From positions 13,368-77,367 of IMG/VR virus record IMGVR_UViG_2595698339_000001: a DNA stretch of 64,000 nucleotides. One strand, written 5' to 3'. This document shows, one piece after another, positions 27,251-35,637 of the stretch. Below the pieces are notes generated by a model. It was given only the letters and a program-made list of their open reading frames with translations. It did not search any database and was not told where the DNA came from. The stretch comes from a virus (taxonomy: Duplodnaviria; Caudoviricetes). A program made the translations under genes and the position numbers. The number at the start of each line of letters is the position of its first letter. Within the stretch, counting starts at the first letter, position 1.

Positions 27251-27691
27251 TCACAGCGGAGGAGCGTCCTCGCGGTACAGGGTGGGCTTAACCTGCTTCG
27301 CCGCGCTCATCATGGTGACCACCCCCTTTCTCGTGAGTAGCTGAGGGTCCGCCTCCTCCAGCAGCATCTGCAGCATGGCCTTGACCTCGCCGAGCTCCTT
27401 GTGGACGTCCTCGATGGTGGGCTTGCCATCCATCGCGGCAGGGTAGCCACCCATGCGACGGCCCTCTTCGGCGCCGCCGCCGATGTGCTCACCGAACGCC
27501 TCGGCGTTGGTCACACTCGGACGGTCACCGTGCTTGCACCACTGCGTCATTGTCGACCCACTGAGTCCAAGCACCTCCGCAGCCTGCGCCCTTGTCAAGC
27601 TGCGCCTGCGTATCCAGTCGATTACGTACGTGCTCCAGCGGTCCCGATCTGCGTCGGTCCACTGCTCCTCATTCGACCCCATGCGACACAC
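27251..27691 (-). CDS. Xre-family HTH protein, probable immunity repressor
   Basis: LTRAQAAEVLGLSGSTMTQWCKHGDRPS; divergent from the early operon; alternative start ATG 27682. Confidence 0.8.
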   Translation of the reverse strand: MCRMGSNEEQWTDADRDRWSTYVIDWIRRRSLTRAQAAEVLGLSGSTMTQWCKHGDRPSVTNAEAFGEHIGGGAEEGRRMGGYPAAMDGKPTIEDVHKELGEVKAMLQMLLEEADPQLLTRKGVVTMMSAAKQVKPTLYREDAPPL

Positions 27692-27695
27692 CCTA

Positions 27696-27876
27696 CCTCA
27701 CTGAACTGAACTTCATCAAGATGGGTATTTGCTAGACAATCTATGGGACAACGCAAATACCCTGGTAGGACGTTTGACGTACAGGCAGCAAAGGTTAGCA
27801 ACGTACCCGGTACCGCTGGTTTCGACTTAATCACATGCTTGCGAGCTGCGTTTCGCTGTGCTTTAGTTCACTAAAG
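27696..27876. promoter_or_regulatory. divergent immunity control region with two operators
   Basis: CCTCACTGAACTGAAC 27696-27711 and CTTTAGTTCACTAAAG 27861-27876 in an AT-richer intergenic region. Confidence 0.65.
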
Positions 27877-27907
27877 CGAACAGAAACCGAAGCCGAAGGA
27901 GGGCAAC

Positions 27908-28006
27908 ATGTTCGGAATCCTGAGCGACACCATAAGGCGAGTTATCTTCCGCAAGCAAATCGCGGCCGCCATGCAGCGCCACCCCGCAGGCAGCGCACGG
28001 CGATGA
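27908..28006 (+). CDS. 32-aa first gene of the early operon
   Basis: AAGGAGGG RBS; MFGILSDTIRRVIFRKQIAAAMQRHPAGSARR*; ATGA overlap with the next gene. Confidence 0.6.
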   Translation: MFGILSDTIRRVIFRKQIAAAMQRHPAGSARR

Positions 28007-28140
28007 ACGAACTCCTCCGCCACGACGAAACGCCCACCTCCAAGTTCCTGGCCAACGCCTACTACGTGACCATGTTCAGCGCGGTCGGCATCGGCTCTCT
28101 TCTCCTCATCCTCGCAGTTCTCACCGGAAGGGCATCATGA
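28003..28140 (+). CDS. small membrane protein
   Basis: MNELLRH...; C-terminal TM helix; 4-bp overlaps on both sides. Confidence 0.6.
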   Translation: MNELLRHDETPTSKFLANAYYVTMFSAVGIGSLLLILAVLTGRAS

Positions 28141-28982
28141 CCACCGACATCTACGACCGCGACGGGAACCTCCTGCACGCCTCCAGGTTCGACGGCCTTC
28201 GCGCCGCAGTGGAAGACGCCGCCTCCCGGGGCATTTCCCTGCAGTGGGCCGATCTCCGCGGAGCCGACCTGTCCCGCGCCTACCTCGCAGGTGTCAACCT
28301 GTCCCGCGCCAACCTGAATAACGCCAACCTGTCCCGAGCTCAGCTGCAAGACGCCAACCTCAATGGCGCCTGCTTAATCGGCGCTGACCTGACCTACGCG
28401 GGGGCGATCTCGGCCAGCCTTGTCGACGCCAACCTCGTGCGCGCCAACCTGAGCAGTGCAACGCTCCAGTCAGCCAACCTGGCCTACGCCAGACTGTTCG
28501 GGGCCAACCTCTCCCGGGCCAACTTTGACGATGCCAACCTGGTCCACGCCAGCCTGATAGAGGCCAACGCCGCTAACGCCTCCTTCGAGGGTGTCAACCT
28601 CCGTCACGCCGAACTGGAGCGGATCAAGAACCTCAATCCGCACACGGCCGCCGAGCTGCTGGTCCCGCCCGCGGAAGGCGCCTTCACGGCCTGGAAGAAG
28701 GCCCAGCTCGGGAGCATCGTCAAGCTCACCATCCCCGCCCACGCGCAGCGCTCCAATGCCACCAGCCGCAAGTGCCGCGCATCGGAGGCGTACGTCGAAG
28801 CCATCTACGACGAATATGGCGCCCCCGTCTCGTCGGCGCGCAGCCTGCACGACCCGTACTTCATCTACCATGTCGGCGCGATTGTCACGCCTCGTGTCGA
28901 AGGCTTCGAGCCCGACCGCTGGCAGGAATGCGCCCCCGGCATCCACTTCTTCATCACCCGCAGCGAAGCAGAGGCATACTGA
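28137..28982 (+). CDS. pentapeptide repeat protein
   Basis: About 25 A[DN]Lxx repeats followed by a WKK...RKCRASEA...ECAPGIHFFITR domain. Confidence 0.9.
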   Translation: MTTDIYDRDGNLLHASRFDGLRAAVEDAASRGISLQWADLRGADLSRAYLAGVNLSRANLNNANLSRAQLQDANLNGACLIGADLTYAGAISASLVDANLVRANLSSATLQSANLAYARLFGANLSRANFDDANLVHASLIEANAANASFEGVNLRHAELERIKNLNPHTAAELLVPPAEGAFTAWKKAQLGSIVKLTIPAHAQRSNATSRKCRASEAYVEAIYDEYGAPVSSARSLHDPYFIYHVGAIVTPRVEGFEPDRWQECAPGIHFFITRSEAEAY

Positions 28983-28983
28983 C

Positions 28984-29130
28984 ATGGACAAGGCCACCGT
29001 CATCGCCAAGCTCATGGACATCCAAGAGCTGTGCAACGAAGCCCTCACCACTGCCGACCACAACAACCCGTGGTCCACCGCCAAGCCCTTGGCCAACAAG
29101 ATTCTCGGCATCATCAAGGCTCAGTCATGA
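28984..29130 (+). CDS. hypothetical protein
   Basis: MDKATVIAKL...; abuts both neighbours. Confidence 0.55.
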   Translation: MDKATVIAKLMDIQELCNEALTTADHNNPWSTAKPLANKILGIIKAQS

Positions 29131-29405
29131 GCTTCACCAAAACCGACGACGACATCATCGCCGAATTGTCGGAGCAGTTCTTCCTCGAATGCCAGGGGGC
29201 GAAGTGCAACCGCGAAGCCGAATACCTTCTCTGGCGCCGCCACGGTAAACGTCAGTGTGGCGCCAAGGTCTACACCTGCAGCGCGTGCCTGCGCGACACC
29301 GAGAATCGCTGGATCATCCTGCTCAACTCCGGTGGCGGCTGCGAACGCTGCGCCGAACCGTTCGAGGGTCACCTCTCGGACAACCTGCGCTACATCAAGC
29401 TCTGA
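29127..29405 (+). CDS. hypothetical Zn-finger protein
   Basis: ATGA overlap; several CxxC pairs. Confidence 0.65.
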   Translation: MSFTKTDDDIIAELSEQFFLECQGAKCNREAEYLLWRRHGKRQCGAKVYTCSACLRDTENRWIILLNSGGGCERCAEPFEGHLSDNLRYIKL

Positions 29406-29435
29406 AAACAACTCAAAATTAGTTCCCGGAACGAC

Positions 29436-29487
29436 TGGACAACCCGGAGATAAGCGGGTAACTTTAGTCCAGTGAAGTTCAGTAAAG
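29436..29487 (+). promoter_or_regulatory. promoter overlapped by tandem operators
   Basis: TGGACA-N17-TAACTT (29436-29464); operator matches at 29462-29477 and 29472-29487. Confidence 0.65.
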
Positions 29488-29925
29488 CGGGGGAGATGCC
29501 TCGCACACGAGGACGAATCTCCATCACCCGAATAGGGACTCACACAATCTTCTGACCGCATTCTGACGGTCAATCTAAAGCTCCAGGAAAGCTGGGCTTA
29601 CTATCGCGGCGGCGAGAACGCAAACCTAGAGGACAATCTTCAGCAGTAACTCCGCACTGGCTCTGAGCCGTTGAACGTGGCTACGACGAGTTGGGACGAG
29701 CTTCTTCGCGCTGTTGTTTTGTCTGAGCGTGTGGCATAAGGCCAGAGAAGACCTCTTACATCTTCTTCCGGGGACGTCATATCCCCGGCGCGCACAGTCC
29801 CTGAGAGCATATCCGCTCTATGTGGGATTACCAAGACCACCCTTGAGGTTGAGTCGTCATTGTCCATCACGGTCCCGCTCACATTGGGTTGAGCGTGGCT
29901 GAATGGCGACTCCCTCAAGGGTGAA
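29471..29925 (+). ncRNA. candidate large structured non-coding RNA
   Basis: ~540-bp gap with no convincing ORF; at least 8 helices found by eye, including long-range AGGGACT/AGTCCCT. Confidence 0.6.
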
Positions 29926-29948
29926 AACACCAACCAAGGAGGGTTTGA

Positions 29949-30254
29949 ATGCTGCTCGCACATTGCTCGGAAGACGAGAAGGTCCTACTGACCGCCTACC
30001 TCGCGCTAACCCCCGAGGGTCCTTCCCTCCTTGCCCCGAGGGACGCTGAGTCGACCCTGGCTTCGTACCTCGCCCTTCAGCCCGCCGATCAACCCCTCCA
30101 ACACACCCCGCCGCCGCAGTACACCGCCGCCCTCGGTGAACTCGCACGCTCATTCCACCACCTGAGTCACCGCCGAAAGTTGAAGCAGGGCAGGGGATTT
30201 GCCTCCTTCCACGAGGTCCGCGCCCACCCCCGCTACGGCACCAGCGTCCGCTGA
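29949..30254 (+). CDS. hypothetical protein
   Basis: AAGGAGGG RBS, 101 aa, basic C-terminus. Confidence 0.7.
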   Translation: MLLAHCSEDEKVLLTAYLALTPEGPSLLAPRDAESTLASYLALQPADQPLQHTPPPQYTAALGELARSFHHLSHRRKLKQGRGFASFHEVRAHPRYGTSVR

Positions 30255-30272
30255 AAAGGTGGAGGCCAAGAA

Positions 30273-30380
30273 ATGAGGTCACGACTCGCCGCCCTGCTCG
30301 GTCGCCTCTATGGCTGGCTGGAAGAACAACTCTTCGATCCCTTCCCTGACGCTCTCTCTGAGCTCTGGCCTGCCGAGTAG
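30273..30380 (+). CDS. 35-aa hypothetical protein
   Basis: GGAGG RBS; MRSRLAALLGRLYGWLEEQLFDP...*. Confidence 0.5.
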   Translation: MRSRLAALLGRLYGWLEEQLFDPFPDALSELWPAE

Positions 30381-30387
30381 GTACCCC

Positions 30388-30687
30388 ATGGCCGAGGACG
30401 TCAAACATCCGCACCACTGCGGAAAATGCACCAAGCGCTGGGGAGGTCTCAACACCTCCCACTGCGGGGCCTGCCACACCACCTTCACCGGCCTAACCGC
30501 CTTCGAGAAGCACCGCCACAAAGGCACCTGCCTCACCCCCGAGGCCGCGGGCCTGGCCCTCACCGGCCGCGAATACGAGTGCTACGGCGCCCCAATCACC
30601 AACGACCGCTGGAGACCTGATGCACTACAAGCTCAAGTACGACCGCAAGGAAGTGAAGTACACGATCACCGCCCCCGGCGTGCATGA
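30388..30687 (+). CDS. FDXHR-type zinc-binding protein
   Basis: CGKC...HCGACH.TF..LTAFEKHR...C motif. Confidence 0.7.
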   Translation: MAEDVKHPHHCGKCTKRWGGLNTSHCGACHTTFTGLTAFEKHRHKGTCLTPEAAGLALTGREYECYGAPITNDRWRPDALQAQVRPQGSEVHDHRPRRA

Positions 30688-30781
30688 AGAGTTCACCATG
30701 TGGACTGCGCATCGGGTGTGGGACTGGATTCAGAATCACCTGACTCCTGGCGACACACTCCACTTCGTCCCCGAGACCTGA
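30620..30781 (+). CDS. hypothetical protein
   Basis: MHYKLKYDRKEVKY...PET*, GC3-rich codons, GGAG RBS. Confidence 0.5.
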   Translation: MHYKLKYDRKEVKYTITAPGVHEEFTMWTAHRVWDWIQNHLTPGDTLHFVPET

Positions 30782-30787
30782 CCCCAC

Positions 30788-30944
30788 GGGCGCCCGTCCG
30801 GGCAACTCACCCTCCTCGCCACAGGGTGTGGGACGCGCGCGCCCAGCGTGGCTGGCTGGGGTCTTTCCTCCTTTCTACCCAGTCAGTCGCCACCCCATTA
30901 GAGACCCCCACCAAGGTTCCCTCCTTCCCTTGGTGGGGGTCTCT
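30788..30944 (+). ncRNA. tandem hairpins with pyrimidine (anti-SD) loops
   Basis: Three adjacent stems; loops CCTCGCCAC, CTTTCCTCCTTTCT and TTCCCTCCTTC. Confidence 0.6.
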
Positions 30945-30969
30945 CCTTACTTCCCAAGGAGATTCACCC

Positions 30970-31302
30970 ATGAAGAAAACCCTCATCGCCGCCGCGCTCG
31001 CGGCCGCCGCACTACTCACCCCGTCCTGCTCGCTGATGAGCCACCAGGTCTACACCGACTGCACCGTGCAGGCCAAGGACACCCTCCTCGACGGCAACGG
31101 CGACGGCGGCGTCACGCGCACCAAGCGCGTCACCACCACCTGCGGCGCCTTCGACGTCGAGGACTCCCTCGCGGGCGGCTTCAACTCGTGGGACCTCTGG
31201 ACCGCCCTGGAGGTGGGCAAGACCTACGACATCGAGACGGGCGGCCCCCGTGTCGGCTTCTTCTCCATGTTCCCCTACGTCACGAAGGTCACCGCGAAGT
31301 GA
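30970..31302 (+). CDS. putative lipoprotein
   Basis: AAGGAGA RBS; MKK + hydrophobic stretch + LTPSC lipobox-like site. Confidence 0.75.
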   Translation: MKKTLIAAALAAAALLTPSCSLMSHQVYTDCTVQAKDTLLDGNGDGGVTRTKRVTTTCGAFDVEDSLAGGFNSWDLWTALEVGKTYDIETGGPRVGFFSMFPYVTKVTAK

Positions 31303-31625
31303 ACACCATCGAGATTCTCGAGAAGGCCAAAGAGCTCGCCCCCGAGAAGTGGGATGAAGGGGCTTCACTGGGCTATTCCGACTCCCCCTGCTGCATCCTC
31401 GGCCTCGTGGGACACGCCCGCTTCGGGGAGAGTTGGGATCACTCCTACATCTCCCTAGATGAGGATGGGGACGCCGCCGCCGCGGTTGAAGCCCTCGCCG
31501 CGGTCTCCCTCCCCTATGGGGGAGATGCCCAGGAGAAGGTGTACCGCCACAACGACGCCCACCTGAAGACCGTCGCGCAGGTGCAGTCCTTCATCGACCG
31601 CGCCATCGAGAATCACCGGGGATGA
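31299..31625 (+). CDS. hypothetical protein
   Basis: GTGA overlap; W..G...PCCILG...HND...V...ID.AI motif. Confidence 0.65.
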   Translation: MNTIEILEKAKELAPEKWDEGASLGYSDSPCCILGLVGHARFGESWDHSYISLDEDGDAAAAVEALAAVSLPYGGDAQEKVYRHNDAHLKTVAQVQSFIDRAIENHRG

Positions 31626-32590
31626 CCGACTACACGGTCAAGCGGAACTACAAGGGGCAGGTGCTCGTGGCAGCACCGGACGCCCCGCCCGTGACCGGCG
31701 AATGGGTTGTGTCCAAGGACGGCAAGGACTACTTCCGCACCGAGAAGGGCCGCTCCGACGTCGAGCCATACTCCCGCACCTCCAAGGCGGGGGAGCACCT
31801 CAAGGGCAGCGGTGAAGCGCTCAGCAACTTCGCCGCCTCCATGGCCGCCCTCGGTGTGGTGATGAACGACAGCGTCCACTCCGAGCTGGCCACCCTGATC
31901 AACGAGTACGACGGCGACCCCTACTACAAGGGCGACGACGGCGGCTGGAAGTCGGGCAAGAAGCGGCTCCTGGAGCAGGTGGACATCGCCCGCAAGGTGG
32001 CCGGTGCCTCCTCCGCGTCGGCCAAGGGTACCGAGTTCCACAAGCTCGCGGAGATCGTCAACAAGGGCAAGACGCCCACCGTTGTCCGCGAGGAACTCAA
32101 GCCCCGCCTCGCCGAGTACCAGCGCCGCGTCTCCAAGGTCAAGTTCCTCCGACAAGAAATCCTGATCGTCAATGACCTCATCAAACGAGCAGGGTCCATC
32201 GACTACCTCATGGAGCTCCCTGCAGGACTCCGAACGCCTGATGGCGTCACTCATGACGAGCCCATCATTTGCGCCGGGGACCTCAAAACCGGCAAGTGGG
32301 ATCGAGACTATCCCGCTGGCGTATATGCACAGCTATTCGGCTATGCAGGCGGCTTCCGGTACAACCAAGAAACAAATGAGCGACTGCCTCTCCACCCGAA
32401 CTTCAATGATCGGTGGGCGGTCCTCGTGCATTACCCCTTGGTAGTGCCCGGTTCCACCGTCGAATTCTACTGGCTGGACATGGAAGTCGGCCGCGAAGCC
32501 GCACTCCTCAACAAGCGCCTTGACGACATGATCAAGTACTTCCAGTCGACCAAGGGCAAGCCCATTCACTTCGAGTTGGAGTCAACATGA
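31622..32590 (+). CDS. RecE-like PD-(D/E)XK exonuclease
   Basis: KGTEFH, AGSID, GDLKTG and QL..Y motifs; near the ERF gene. Confidence 0.8.
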   Translation: MTDYTVKRNYKGQVLVAAPDAPPVTGEWVVSKDGKDYFRTEKGRSDVEPYSRTSKAGEHLKGSGEALSNFAASMAALGVVMNDSVHSELATLINEYDGDPYYKGDDGGWKSGKKRLLEQVDIARKVAGASSASAKGTEFHKLAEIVNKGKTPTVVREELKPRLAEYQRRVSKVKFLRQEILIVNDLIKRAGSIDYLMELPAGLRTPDGVTHDEPIICAGDLKTGKWDRDYPAGVYAQLFGYAGGFRYNQETNERLPLHPNFNDRWAVLVHYPLVVPGSTVEFYWLDMEVGREAALLNKRLDDMIKYFQSTKGKPIHFELEST

Positions 32591-32997
32591 CCACCGAAAT
32601 CGGACAGAAGATCATCACCAAAATCCGTGAGATCGCTGCGGAGAAGCCAGACTTCGTCTACCAACCCCCCGTCAATGACTACGCGGACCACTGCGTCTAC
32701 GTCCACGGCGGGCAGCCATCCTGCATCGTGGGCCAGGCACTGTGGAAGCTGGGCATCATCGGCCCCAGTCTGGAGGTGGACCGGACCCGCATCGATGACA
32801 CTGAGCCTGGAAGTGGTAGGGGATTGGAGAGCTCACCCAACCGCGCAGGTTCCCGCGGCCTGCTCCGGTACCTCGGCCTGGAGGTCTCCCCCGAGGAGGA
32901 CGACTGGATTCGTGCCGTGCAGCAGAACCAGGACTGCGAGCATTCCTGGGCAGATTCAGTGAAGTGGGCCGACTCCACGGGGGATGAGGATGCCTGA
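32587..32997 (+). CDS. hypothetical protein, CIVG paralog family copy 1
   Basis: C.Y...PSCIVGQAL...QQNQD...W. Confidence 0.7.
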   Translation: MTTEIGQKIITKIREIAAEKPDFVYQPPVNDYADHCVYVHGGQPSCIVGQALWKLGIIGPSLEVDRTRIDDTEPGSGRGLESSPNRAGSRGLLRYLGLEVSPEEDDWIRAVQQNQDCEHSWADSVKWADSTGDEDA

Positions 32998-33712
32998 CGA
33001 AGCCCAGACCGGCCCACTCGCCGAGGACCCCGCCCCGCACACGCCCACTGTCTTTGAGGCGTGGTCGCGCGTCATGTCCGATGTGCAGGCCATCTCCAAG
33101 GACTCCCGCAACGAGCAGCAGCACTTCAACTTCCGCGGCATCGACGCTGTCATGAACGTGGTGGGACCGGCGCTGCGCGCGCACGGCGTCACGGTCATCC
33201 CGCGCGCCGTCGAGGAATACTCGGAGCGCTACGAGACGCAGCCCCGCGGCAACCGCCCCGGCACCCCGATGATCAACCGCCTTGTCCGGGTGGAGTTCAC
33301 CGTCTTCGGGCCTCGCGGCGACTGGTTCGCTGGCACTACCTACGGTGAGGCCGCCGACTCGGGCGACAAGGCGATGTCCAAGGCTCACAGCGTGGCCTAC
33401 CGGACATTCCTGTTGCAGGCTCTGACCATCCCCACCGACGAGCCCGACCCCGACGAGGACGCGCACGAGCGCGCACCCCGCCAGGAACGCCGCCGCGAAC
33501 CCAAGGACGAGCCGCCGCCGCTGAGCGACGAGAACGCCGAGGGCCGCGCCGAACTGCGCGAGTTCTGCGAGGAGAACAACCTCGACGCCAAGGTGGTGGC
33601 GGGCAAGTTCGCCACCGACAACCCTGGCCAGTCCATCCGCACCGCCGACAATGAGACCATCCGCGCCTACATCGCAACGATGAAGGCCGGTCTCGTGAAG
33701 GCGGATGTTTAA
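32990..33712 (+). CDS. ERF-family ssDNA annealing protein
   Basis: N..Q.FNFRGID.V, GEAADSGDKAMSKAHSVAYR..L..L.IPT..DPD. Confidence 0.88.
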   Translation: MPDEAQTGPLAEDPAPHTPTVFEAWSRVMSDVQAISKDSRNEQQHFNFRGIDAVMNVVGPALRAHGVTVIPRAVEEYSERYETQPRGNRPGTPMINRLVRVEFTVFGPRGDWFAGTTYGEAADSGDKAMSKAHSVAYRTFLLQALTIPTDEPDPDEDAHERAPRQERRREPKDEPPPLSDENAEGRAELREFCEENNLDAKVVAGKFATDNPGQSIRTADNETIRAYIATMKAGLVKADV

Positions 33713-34016
33713 CGGCCCGAGCATCGACCCGGACAATCTGGAACTCCCACCGATCACCGCCAACGAAGTCGATTACTTCGTCGCCCGCCAGCGCGCGCAG
33801 GCGACGCGGTCCTGCGACGTCGTCAAGGGATGCACGGTGGGAGTTGGGTGGATGCTCAACCTCCACGAGTGCCATCAGGTGGCTGCGTGCGACGGCCACT
33901 ACAAGTCGCTGCTCTACACCTACAAGCAGGGCGTGACCGATGGCTGGGTGCGCTGCCCGGATTGCGGCGAGGAGTTCACCAAGCTGCACGACATCATGAC
34001 GGCAAGGAAAATCTGA
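33705..34016 (+). CDS. hypothetical Zn-binding protein
   Basis: Cys/His clusters, CPDC. Confidence 0.6.
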   Translation: MFNGPSIDPDNLELPPITANEVDYFVARQRAQATRSCDVVKGCTVGVGWMLNLHECHQVAACDGHYKSLLYTYKQGVTDGWVRCPDCGEEFTKLHDIMTARKI

Positions 34017-34486
34017 TGGACGACGACGATCTGCGCTGCAGTTGCGGAAGCCTCTACGACGACTGCGACCCGGATTACTGCTTCGATAACCCGCAGAGCT
34101 ACTTCTACCCCGAGCCCAGAACATGGGACGACATCGAGGACGACATCGCCAGTGCATTCACTGGCCAGATGAAGAACCTCGATGCCGCATTCACCCGTGA
34201 GGCGCCCAAGTACGCACCCACCTGGTGGATGCTCGTCACCGCGTGCCCCGAAGACATCAGGATCGAAGAGGATGTCGAACATGAGGACGTGATTTGTGGT
34301 GACATCCGCAGGTCGATCATTACGAACCGCAACCTCTACCTCGCATGGGGCGAAGACAGTCGCCATCCGATCTACGCCTACTTCCAGCGCGTCGACTTCG
34401 ACAAGCAGCTCTCCTGGATTAGCGACGTGCAGATGGTTGAGCCCCCCGCCTGGGGGCTCTGGATGCCTTCTCTCATTGGAGTGTGA
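34016..34486 (+). CDS. hypothetical protein
   Basis: AAGGAA RBS, TGATG overlap. Confidence 0.6.
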   Translation: MDDDDLRCSCGSLYDDCDPDYCFDNPQSYFYPEPRTWDDIEDDIASAFTGQMKNLDAAFTREAPKYAPTWWMLVTACPEDIRIEEDVEHEDVICGDIRRSIITNRNLYLAWGEDSRHPIYAYFQRVDFDKQLSWISDVQMVEPPAWGLWMPSLIGV

Positions 34487-34854
34487 TGGACGAGGAAGAG
34501 TTCCACCACGAGCCCCTCACCCCGGTGGGCATCGAGAAGCAGATGGCCCGCGCCCTTCACTACGTGAAGAAGGGCACCAAGGTGGTCAAGGAAACGCGCA
34601 GCGAATACCTGGCCAAGAAGCGCGCCTACAAGCTGGCCCTCGCCGAGGCTCGCCAGTCCGATACGGGCACGCGGGCTGACCGAGAAGACCGCGCACTCAT
34701 CTCCACCAAGAAGCTCTGGGAGGAGATGGACGAGGCCGAGGTCGCCATGAAGTACGCCGAAGACAAACGAGACGACCTGGAAAAAGAACTGTCCGCATTG
34801 CAGACAGGAACCAAGTTGGTCTCCCAGGAATACAACGTCTCGACAAGGAGATGA
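34483..34854 (+). CDS. coiled-coil protein
   Basis: Helical, charged; GT.ADRE motif. Confidence 0.65.
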   Translation: MMDEEEFHHEPLTPVGIEKQMARALHYVKKGTKVVKETRSEYLAKKRAYKLALAEARQSDTGTRADREDRALISTKKLWEEMDEAEVAMKYAEDKRDDLEKELSALQTGTKLVSQEYNVSTRR

Positions 34855-35228
34855 GCATGTCAGAACTGAAGCCTTTCCGCTGGGTCATTCAGCGCATCAA
34901 GGAACTCGCCGCGGAGAACCCGGAGCGGGTGGCGCACTGCCAATACTTCACGGTCGAGCGCGACGGCAGCACCCAGCCCTGCTGCATCGTGGGCCACGCC
35001 CTCGCAGAGGCAGGCATCCGCCAAGAGGAGTCCGGGGACGGCTACCACTACATCGGCAATGACACCGCCTCCACGCTGGCGGGAACCCTGGCGGGCCAGC
35101 TCCCATGGGCCGAGTTCGGCTTCGAGTCGCCCGCGGTCAACGAGCTGCGCTGGGTCTCCTTGGTCCAGCACCTCCAGGACGGCGGCTACACCTGGAGTGA
35201 GGCCGTCGAGGGCGCGGGTGACATCTGA
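34851..35228 (+). CDS. hypothetical protein, CIVG paralog family copy 2
   Basis: CQYF...PCCIVGHAL...QHLQDGG.TW.EAV. Confidence 0.7.
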   Translation: MSMSELKPFRWVIQRIKELAAENPERVAHCQYFTVERDGSTQPCCIVGHALAEAGIRQEESGDGYHYIGNDTASTLAGTLAGQLPWAEFGFESPAVNELRWVSLVQHLQDGGYTWSEAVEGAGDI

Positions 35229-35407
35229 TGGTTGCCGTCGACAAGTCCGGGTTCCACATCAGCAACACCTATATCGGCATGCTGACGGGCCTCTCGCGCC
35301 TGTCTCACGTCTACGCGGGCACCGTCCCGTACAAGACCATCCAGCAGCGCCGCAAGAAGAACCGGGCAGCCAAGCGCTCCCGCAAGATCAACCGGAGGCA
35401 GCGATGA
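35228..35407 (+). CDS. small protein with highly basic C-terminus
   Basis: HVYAGTVP...RRKKNRAAKRSRKINRRQR*; overlaps both neighbours. Confidence 0.6.
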   Translation: MVAVDKSGFHISNTYIGMLTGLSRLSHVYAGTVPYKTIQQRRKKNRAAKRSRKINRRQR

Positions 35408-35637
35408 TCAGCGAGAAGTGGCTGGGCACCATCAAGAAGGGCGAGGAGGCCCTCAAGTTCATCAGGGAGGGGCTCGCAAAGCTCAGCGAAGACGGGCACC
35501 CTGACGCGGGCATCCTCCGCACGCAACTGCGTCGCTTGGAGTGCGAATTCCGCGATGCGCGTGACGATGGCAGCGGCGACAGCGAGTACAGGGAAATCCT
35601 GGAGCTCACCAAGATGGTCTCGGAACGGCTGAAGTGA
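35404..35637 (+). CDS. hypothetical protein
   Basis: GGAGG RBS, ATGA overlap. Confidence 0.6.
   Translation: MISEKWLGTIKKGEEALKFIREGLAKLSEDGHPDAGILRTQLRRLECEFRDARDDGSGDSEYREILELTKMVSERLK

Noticed and set aside
29471-29925. Group I or group II intron (AATCTTCAGCAG is Q-like, CACAGTCC is S-like, GAGCCGTTGA is domain-V-like)
   Set aside because: No proper R element or P3/P7 order, no full domain V, and no interrupted exon; the region follows a promoter
29640-29963. ORF-track ORFs inside the structured gap (29640..29963 -, 29714..29902 +)
   Set aside because: No RBS, atypical codon usage, and no recognisable protein features
30388-30781. Programmed frameshift between the FDXHR gene and the next ORF (68-bp overlap)
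   Set aside because: No slippery heptamer; the second ORF has its own RBS and ATG, so a lost stop codon is the simpler explanation
30846-30944. Minus-strand CsrA-sponge RNA (GGA loops)
   Set aside because: G-U pairs in stem 2 would become A-C mismatches on the minus strand, and mycobacteria are not known to use CsrA
31622-32590. Cas4 / CRISPR-associated nuclease
   Set aside because: Lacks the Fe-S cysteine cluster; its context near ERF indicates a recombination exonuclease
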